Below are positions 56,190 through 64,000 of a DNA stretch of 64,000 nt, piece by piece. The notes below the pieces were generated by a model. That model was not told the DNA's origin. It made no database searches and saw only the letters and a list, made by a program, of their open reading frames with translations. Position 1 is the stretch's first letter, and the number at the start of each line of letters is the position of its first letter. The translations under genes were made by a program, and so were the position numbers. This stretch comes from Octopus vulgaris (lineage: Eukaryota): NCBI GenBank assembly GCA_951406725.2, contig OX597816.1, positions 122,078,001 through 122,142,000 on the forward strand. The letters run 5' to 3'.

Positions 56190-57360
56190 CCTTGTCATGT
56201 AAATATTCACAGCATCGACAAATTATTAATGAAGGAATTCCTTTATTACTTGCAACTAATCTGAAACTGCATAGAATAAAATACAGGGTTCTTGTAATAA
56301 TATTATTGCTCCATCCTCACTTGATGATACTGTTTGAGAAAAGTGTGTGTGTGTGTGTGAGTGCGTGTAAGACGTTGCAATTAACGACAAAATAAAATTG
56401 TATCATAGTATTAATTGATGCTAGAAAAACTACTGCTGAAGTCTTGCATAAAGTCGTGAAAAAGTGCTTGAGTGATGTGGGAATTAATATTTTATATAAC
56501 TGCTTCTCTATTGCAGCAAATGGAGTTCCAAGCCTTTCTGGCGTTAATAATTCTCTCTACACGTTAATGAAATTAGCTAATCCAAACTTGAACCTTATAA
56601 AATTCATTTGCCACTCTTTCCATTAAATGTATTCCCATGCTGCAGGAGAATTTCCTTCTAACATTGTCTGTCTTTCAAGAGAAGCTTAAAACTGGTCTCA
56701 TAGATCAGCGCTGTGAAGAGAATCTTACAAAGAAATAATTAATTTATCAACCAAAGATGGCGAGGAGCGACTGAAAATGATTTTCCTTTTCAACCACAAG
56801 TTGATTAGCGAGAAGTTACTGTAAAAAAGTTCCTGGCCAGTGAAAAGTATTAAAATTACATTTTCAATTGGCAACAACTCATTGCGACAGATTTTAAGCA
56901 AGTGAATTACATGCTATATAGTTAGTTATAATCAATGAACCTCTTGCAACATTTATGAGAGAACTGTTGAGCGAATTTGGAACAATTAATTTAGTGTTCT
57001 AAAAAGGAACAGCAGAAAACTGTAGAATCTTAGATGGACTATGTACTTTTACATTCTCTATGCTTACAAGTATTTTACACCCTCAATATGTGAATCTTGA
57101 AGCGATTCATACATTGAATCACAGTATACTTACATAGGAAAAAAGATTTGGATAAAAATTCTATGGATTTTTGATCAGTAAACTTTCATTAAAACAAAGT
57201 TTCGAAGGTCAAAGGAAGCGCTGTACAAAAGCGGTTGTTCAGCCGTTGAGACAGACATTAAAAAATACTTATATCGCGTGCCTAGAATGAAACCCTTCAT
57301 TTATGTTTAATCCAAGCACGTCCATCTTTTGCCACTTCTTTAAGATGCGAAATGTTAACA
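56190..57360 (+). pseudogene. Decayed hAT transposase (ZNF862/ZMYM1-like)
   Basis: TTAEVLHKVVKKCLSDVGI..AANGVPSLSGVNNSLYTLMK..PNLNLIKFICHSFH..SHAA..P matches the DGA..M.G..C.CH hAT motif. Confidence 0.7.
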
Positions 57361-58071
57361 CTTGACTTTTTGTTTATAAAAGTAACAATCCAATCGAATT
57401 TTATATTAAACTATCAACTAAGCAAATTAGAACCTACACGAGGGCAACCATCACTGATGTATATTTCCTTTTGAAAATTTCGAAGTACTTTTTTTATGAG
57501 ATCGATATGGTTAATCCGTGTTAGTCGTAAGAGAAACTTGCATAAGGCTAATATCTGTAAAGAGTGAGAATAGTTAGTTCAATCAAAAGAATGAAAAGAT
57601 TTATAACTTCAACATAAAGTGCATAAGAGTAAAGTAACTACAGAATATAATCTAAATAGGAATACAAATCCTTAGAAATTCATAGTATGAATCCTTATAA
57701 AGTGGGATTTTCATGTTTCATTTTTTAGTATAAGATATTTAAATATTTTATACTAAAAAATGAAACAAACGGAAAATGGGGTGAGGTGTGGGGTAACTTA
57801 TTTTCAATAGTTAGATATTATTAGATACGAGGGGCTCGACAATATCGTTTGCACATTCTTGAATGCTTTTAATCAGATTTTTTATTGCGCACACTGGTTA
57901 GGGTTAGTTTTAGGGGTAGGTGGTGTGCACTCGCTTTACCTCCGCCTATTTTATGATGTTGTGATATACGACAGTAATATTTATAAAACAATACAGTAAA
58001 TGGTAAAAGTAAACTACCTCCCCTTGTATCGTCCGATTCGCGAGTATCCCTTTTCCGTTTTTTAAAATTTT

Positions 58072-60520
58072 TTTATTTATTAAGTTTCAGCTCACAAACT
58101 GTGGCCATGCTGGGGCACCGCCATTTGGTGTTGCTACATGATTTTACTTCACGAATGCTTTTTAGCAAATGCCATCTAGTGCATGAGAGAGTTCGATGCA
58201 GCTGCCCTCATCTGCACCTCCTGCCATGAAGTTGGTTCATCTGGGACACCTGACAAGATGAGATCCAGTTTTATTTTAAAGACATCTGCATCCATCCCAT
58301 GCAGGTCTCTTAGGTTCTTCGGGAGGATATTGAAGCCCAGGCTATCACAGTATCTTGTCCTACATCTTGAAGGCAAATTTGGAGTCCTTGGCACTATGCA
58401 GTGGCGCCCAGTTCTGGCATTTGTGTAACTCTCGATGCCAAAGTTTGGGACAAGTCCTTCTAGGATCTTCCAGATGTATATTATGGCATATCTTTCTCGC
58501 CTATGGTCTAAGGAATAGAGTCTCAATCTCTTGAGTCTTTCCCAATAGCTTATATGCTGCGCAGAGGCTATCTTCTTCGTGTAGCTTCGTTGGATCGCCT
58601 CAAGTTCTGTGATTAACTTGACACTGGATGGTGACTATAACTGAGAGCAATAGTCAAAGTGGCTTAGGACAAGTGTCCTCCAGAGGACCATCATGGTTTC
58701 CTGGTCTCTTGTTCTAAAGGTTCTAAGAATCCATCCGGTCAGCCGCCTACATTTCATTGCCAATTTAGCAACATGCACATGAAAGGTTGCATCATCACTC
58801 ATGTAAATACCCAGGTCTCGCACTGATTGTGCCTCTGGGATTACAATCCCTCCAGGTCCAGTGTATTTATTGGGTATTGCATTTAGTTTTGCATGCTGAT
58901 AGTATAAAGCTTGAAACTTTTCAGCATTCAACTGCATGCTATTCTTTTCAGCCCACTTGTATATTTTGTCCAGCTCACATTGCAGGTGCTTAGTGTCCTC
59001 AGGGTTCTGTATTGCCTGTGAAACTTTTGTATCATCTGCATAACTTGTGATCGTAGCTCTCTGCGTGGCTGAGGGTATGTCTGAGAGGGCCATTATGAAC
59101 AGTAGTGGTCCCAGAACAGTGCCTTGCGGGACACCGCTCACTATTTGCGTGTTAATGGAAGTGGCCCCATTGGCTACTACCACCTGACTTCCATCCTTCA
59201 GAAAGTCATGAAGCCATTCTCCCAATTTTCCAACTATGCCAAGATCACGCAGTTTGTGACATATCATTCCATGATCGACTTTATCAAAGGCCTTGCAAAG
59301 TCAAGATACATGACTTCCACATTTGAGTGGTTGAGCAGTCGTTTCAGCACCCAGTCATAGTGTTGTAGGAGCTGAGTTAAGCAGCTTCTTCCTGGTCGGA
59401 AACCATGTTGGGTGTCAGGCAGCAAGTCATTTCCTTCAAGGAAGGTGATTAGTTTCCTTCTGACTATTCGTTCCATGACCTTGCTGATGTGTGAGATCAG
59501 AGAGATTGGTCTGTAGTTCTTGGCCCCCGCTCTTCTACCTCCTTTATGAATAGGGCTTATGTTACCTCCCTTCAGTTTTCTTGGAAGTTTGCCAGTTGCA
59601 AGGAAGCTCTGAAAGAGGAACTGCAGTGGTCTTGCTAGGACTCTCTTACATACTTTTAGAAGGATTGCTGGGAATCCATCGGGGCCAGTAGCTGAGTTTG
59701 TTTTCATTTCATCAATAGCCTTTATTACATCGTCTTCCTTTATATTGATGTAATCAATCATCGCTGCCTCTGATTTTATATCTGCAGTGGTAAAGAAGTC
59801 AGTTGGATTGCTGACTTGAAAATGCCCTAGGGGTAGAGGGAAAATACTCTTGAATTGCTCATTTAGTATTTCACCTACCCTCATTGGATTTCCTGTGAGT
59901 GTGCCATCCTTTTCAAGGAGTGGCCCTATCCTACAGTGTACCGTAGCTGTTTCTTTGGCATACCTGTAGAAAGCTCTGGGGTTAGATTTTATGTTGTCTA
60001 TAGCCCAGGCTTCTTTGTCTGTTCTTTCTTTTTCATGGGAGAGTTGCAGACATTTTTCAATTTCCAACAGCTTTATTTTCAGGCGGGACTTTTCACTGCT
60101 TTCAATTTGTTTGTTTAGGCGATTTGAAACTTTTGTACGCCGTCTCATTAGAATTTTCCTCTCTCTGGAGATTTTGCTCTTGTGTACAGTGGCCTTTCTC
60201 TCTGGGACACATTTGTAGCATATGGCTTGCATTACAGACATGAATTGTTGAAGTTTCATGTCGATGTCTGGCGAAGATAGACATTCAGGCCAGTTTTGTT
60301 TGAGGATCTCTTTCTCAATTTGTTTCCAGTTTGCCTTATGGAAGTTCAAGCTGGAAAGATTCTGAGAGTTTCTTGTAGGCTGCATGTCCATGCTTTCCTT
60401 TGGCCCGTACATGGTCAGCTCTACCATTTTGTGATCCGAGAGTAGTGTCGGCGTCACTTTCACATTATGGATGAGATCCATATTATTTGTGAAGCAGAGA
60501 TCCAGTATGTTACCTGCCCT
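58072..60520 (-). mobile_element. 5'-truncated CR1-like LINE (end of APE plus RT), frameshifted
   Basis: NILDLCFTN..LSDH (APE), NYRPISL, QHGFRPGRSC, SGVPQGTVLGPLLF and YADDTK. The 3' tail is ggtgccccagcatggccacag..ctgaaacttaataaataaa. Confidence 0.92.
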
Positions 60521-61684
60521 GTTTTATTTTTTAGTATAAAATATTAAAAAATATATGAATCTTACTAATTTTTTGACAAATTAATTTCTTTTGGATATAT
60601 TTCCCATTTTCCTAACTATTTTTTTTTACAATTAAACGTCATTTTCTTGGAGAGGTGCGTTTCTAAAGAAGCGTCACTTACTGTAATACTGGGTGTTATG
60701 CAGTCGTCTGCTAAGTTATGAGGATCTAAACAAACTAAAACTGGTTTTCAAGCAATGAAAGGAATAAGCACAATGACACACATGCATATATAGGACAGAC
60801 TTCCGCAAAATTCTCTGTCTATCAAATTCACTCGGTATTGGTTGTTCTGGAACTAAAGTAGAAGAAACTTGCCTAAGGTGCCACAAAGTGGCATTGAACT
60901 CGAAGTCGCGTAGATTTTGTTTCATATATCATTATTTTTGGTTTCAAAACTAAATGCACCATTTAAAATATAACTAGACATCATTTCTATACATTCGCCC
61001 CCTTCCGGAGGCTCAAATATCACATCTGTATTATTTTCACCACATATTTAAGCACCAGTTGTAAAAGTATCTGCTTGTACTCATTAGATGAGTATTACTA
61101 TCGTGATAAATATTGATCACATACTTAATCGTATATTTAGCTGGAAACATAAAAGACAAGGTTAAATGGTCCTATCTGTTTGCATGAACTAGCATAATAA
61201 TTCTGTGACAAATAGCTAACAGCCGCTGTATAGAATCACATCTCAAATTGCTAACAATAATTCTCTTATCACTGAATTATATATTAGCTGATTATATTTC
61301 CTCAATATTAGAACCATCTATCAAGTGTTTAAATCTTGGCACACTAGTATCAGATTCAATATACATTTTCGCAATGATACTAATGCTGGTATCAAGAAAT
61401 TTCCTTTCATAGATATTTGTTAATAAAGTTAGTGTCAGAGTGTAGCAGTATACGTATTGATTAATGCCGAGGAGAGTATTTCTGTTTATAAAAGTTATTA
61501 AACTAAGCCCATCGACTCGAGTTCAGACTTCAGCAGAATCTTTCTTTTTTTTATAATGAAGGTTTTTTTATTTTTTAAATATGACCAAAAATTATTATAT
61601 ATTTTGATTACAACACTATTTTCATACATTTTCATACAAATAATGGTTCATACATTTCAGCTAAATTAATAATTTCTATATACA

Positions 61685-62065
61685 ATAGTTTCAAATTTTA
61701 GCACAATGTAGTTTTAAAGGCCGGAATAAGTCAGTAGCATCGACCCAGAACGCTCAACTGGTACATATTTTACCGACCCCGAAGAGATGAAAAGCAAAGT
61801 TTCCCTCAGTGGAATTTGAACTCAGAGTGTAGAGCCAGAAGAAATGCCGCAAAGCGTTTTGTCTGAAGTGCTAAGTTTCTGCCGGCGCACTGCCTTCAAT
61901 TTCTATATAATAACAATTCATCTCTTCTTTGGGTACATAGCATGAATGTTTTAGATGGGGTGGGTGTGGAGACTAGTCGATTACATCGACCCCAGTACTT
62001 CACTGGTACGAAATGCCGCTAAGCATTTTGTCTGATGTGCTAATGATTTTGTCAGTTTGCTACCA
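61685..62065 (-). mobile_element. Two tRNA-SINE copies (the second internally deleted)
   Basis: Same family as 14070-14531. Confidence 0.75.
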
Positions 62066-62147
62066 TATTTCTATATATTAAAGAAATACGGTTATCAATT
62101 TGTGTTGCAAGATTCCTGATGTGAAATAGTTTGTTGAAACCGATATT

Positions 62148-62382
62148 GTTGTATTTCGGGACAGTCACTTTTTTTTGCCAAATAAACACACGCACTATAT
62201 ATTTTTCTTCACTCGTTTATTAATGTTCCTATTTTAACTCATGTCCATTGTCCGGAAATCTTTCGTCACGCATCTGTGACCTCTTCAGCTACACTTTTCG
62301 TTTTTGCGTGTGTTCTTGCTCCGCTTACTCCATTTTATTCTTCTAATGTATGTATCCTTATGTGTGCATGATTTTGTGTCCT

Positions 62383-62425
<43 letters not shown>

Positions 62426-63195
62426 TAGTTTTTAGCAGCAGTGCAGCCTTCCCCTCAGCAGCCCCATCCTCTCACCCCATAGTGCTGCTGCTGTCCTAAG
62501 ACGCGAAAAATATGGTACAATTCCTGTATTCTTTTATGTATGTTCACCCACGGTATTGCCATCGTGGTAGTTGTTGTTATTACCTTCGTTGTCACCACCG
62601 CTGCTGCTGTCGTTGATAATCGTGTTGTTGACATTGTTGTGGCTGTCCGTGAAATTTCTTGTATGTTTGTGTGCGTATGGGTTCGCTTCGTATGCTGTAT
62701 GTATCTATGCCCTTTATATAGATTTATTTAGTCATTTTATCTAGCTCATATTTATCCCAGATATGTGACAAATATATTTATATGCTTATTTATTTATTTT
62801 TGATACATCTATATTTGTGCAAAGTATCAATGGTAAGTGCATGTATGTCTATTGTGTGTGCGTGTTACTCTGTATGTTTCTGTGTATCCTGGAGTGAGAG
62901 GATGGAGCTGCTGAGGGGAAGGCCGCACTGCTGCTAAAAACTATGACACACACACAAGCATAAACACACATATACACACGCACACATACACAAATGCATG
63001 CGCACATAAGGATACACACCTCAGAAGAAAAAATGGAATAAGTGCCGCTGAAGAGGTCACAGATGTGTAACGAAAGGTTTCCGGAAAATGGACATGAGTT
63101 AAAATAATAAAATAAGAACATTAATAAACGAGTGAAGAAAAAATATATAGTGCGTGTGTTTAATTGGCGGAAAAAATACCGTCCCGAAATACAAG
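62148..63195. repeat. ~310-330-bp diverged inverted repeat pair (62148-62480 / 62890-63195), PLE-pLTR-like
   Basis: The arms are reverse complements, and each carries CTGAAGA-g-gtcac..gt(g/a)ac-GAAA. Confidence 0.85.
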
Positions 63196-64000
63196 TATAA
63201 GAAAATAATAATACTGATTTCTTTTGAGACGGTGAAAACGCATGGTTTAATGATTAAGGTGTCTGATTCATTATCATGAGGTTGTGAGTTTAATTTCTGG
63301 TTTGGACAGCACCTTGCGTCCTTGAACAAGGAACTTTATTTTTGTGCTGTTCCATGCTATTCAGAAACAATAAGCACTAGTCGGATGCTGGCGCAATTCT
63401 CACTCCTTCCATCTCTCACGTCTGGGATATTCTTCTCGGTCAAGAATAAGAGGGCCGAGAAGTTGTCTTTGATCGCAACTACATAAATACTTAAAAAAAT
63501 TAAAGAAAAAAATCATATTACCAAGCTATACATGTTCGTAAGTGACAGCTGATTGTGCTGCACTTTCGTTCATCAATTTCAAGACTAGGGTCAAAGCAAG
63601 CCGAGACGACTAGATGTAGATCAGGGATGTACTGAGATGATCAGGGCGATCTACGTAACCCACTCCGAAACGCATGTGACTGAGTATAGAATACTCCCTC
63701 TGCTCTAAACAAGATACTAATTCATCGCAGGGATAAATCCCAGCATTTGGTGGTTTTTAATTTCATCTGACTTGATTGGAACTACGTGAACTGAAACGTT
63801 TAGATCAAGAATATAAGGTGCACTTGCTTTGAGAATCGAAACCATGATCTTAACGATCGTGAGTCCAATATCCCTGCGCCCTTAGAGACTCATCTTAGAA
63901 AGTGCATGAATGTACCACAAAGATTTAAAACGTCAACTGACTCTCATTAAATACTACTTAACCTTTTCTTTCTTTCTATTTTGTCATTTTCTCTCCCTAC

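Noticed and set aside
57897-57920. ttagggttag telomere-like motif
   Set aside because: Fewer than two full units; such motifs are common near DNA-element ends
63620-63690. ctgagatga...cgaaacgcatgtg hammerhead-like string
   Set aside because: The core spacing is wrong, there is no NUH site and no convincing stems

Overview
AT-rich, microsatellite-dense eukaryotic DNA with no intact host gene that I can support. The SINE families and repeat style point to an octopus/coleoid cephalopod (inference). The window is almost entirely transposon relics. (1) Three clusters of R4/Dong-clade (RLE) non-LTR retrotransposons sit in (TAA)n microsatellites. The largest is a ~9-kb head-to-tail array of five different RLE segments plus a ~555-bp non-coding TAA-flanked element (27.6-36.8 kb). 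(2) There are several Penelope-like (PLE) relics. The best is a non-coding 536-bp tandem unit at 41.2-42.3 kb, where each copy carries an intact-looking type I hammerhead ribozyme (retrozyme-like). (3) CR1-like, RTE and Tx1-like LINE fragments. (4) Decayed hAT, MULE and piggyBac transposases. (5) Many tRNA-derived SINEs and one tRNA-Gln pseudogene. Most ORFs in the supplied track are microsatellite translations or antisense shadows. All family calls come from motif recognition by eye, and many boundaries are approximate.
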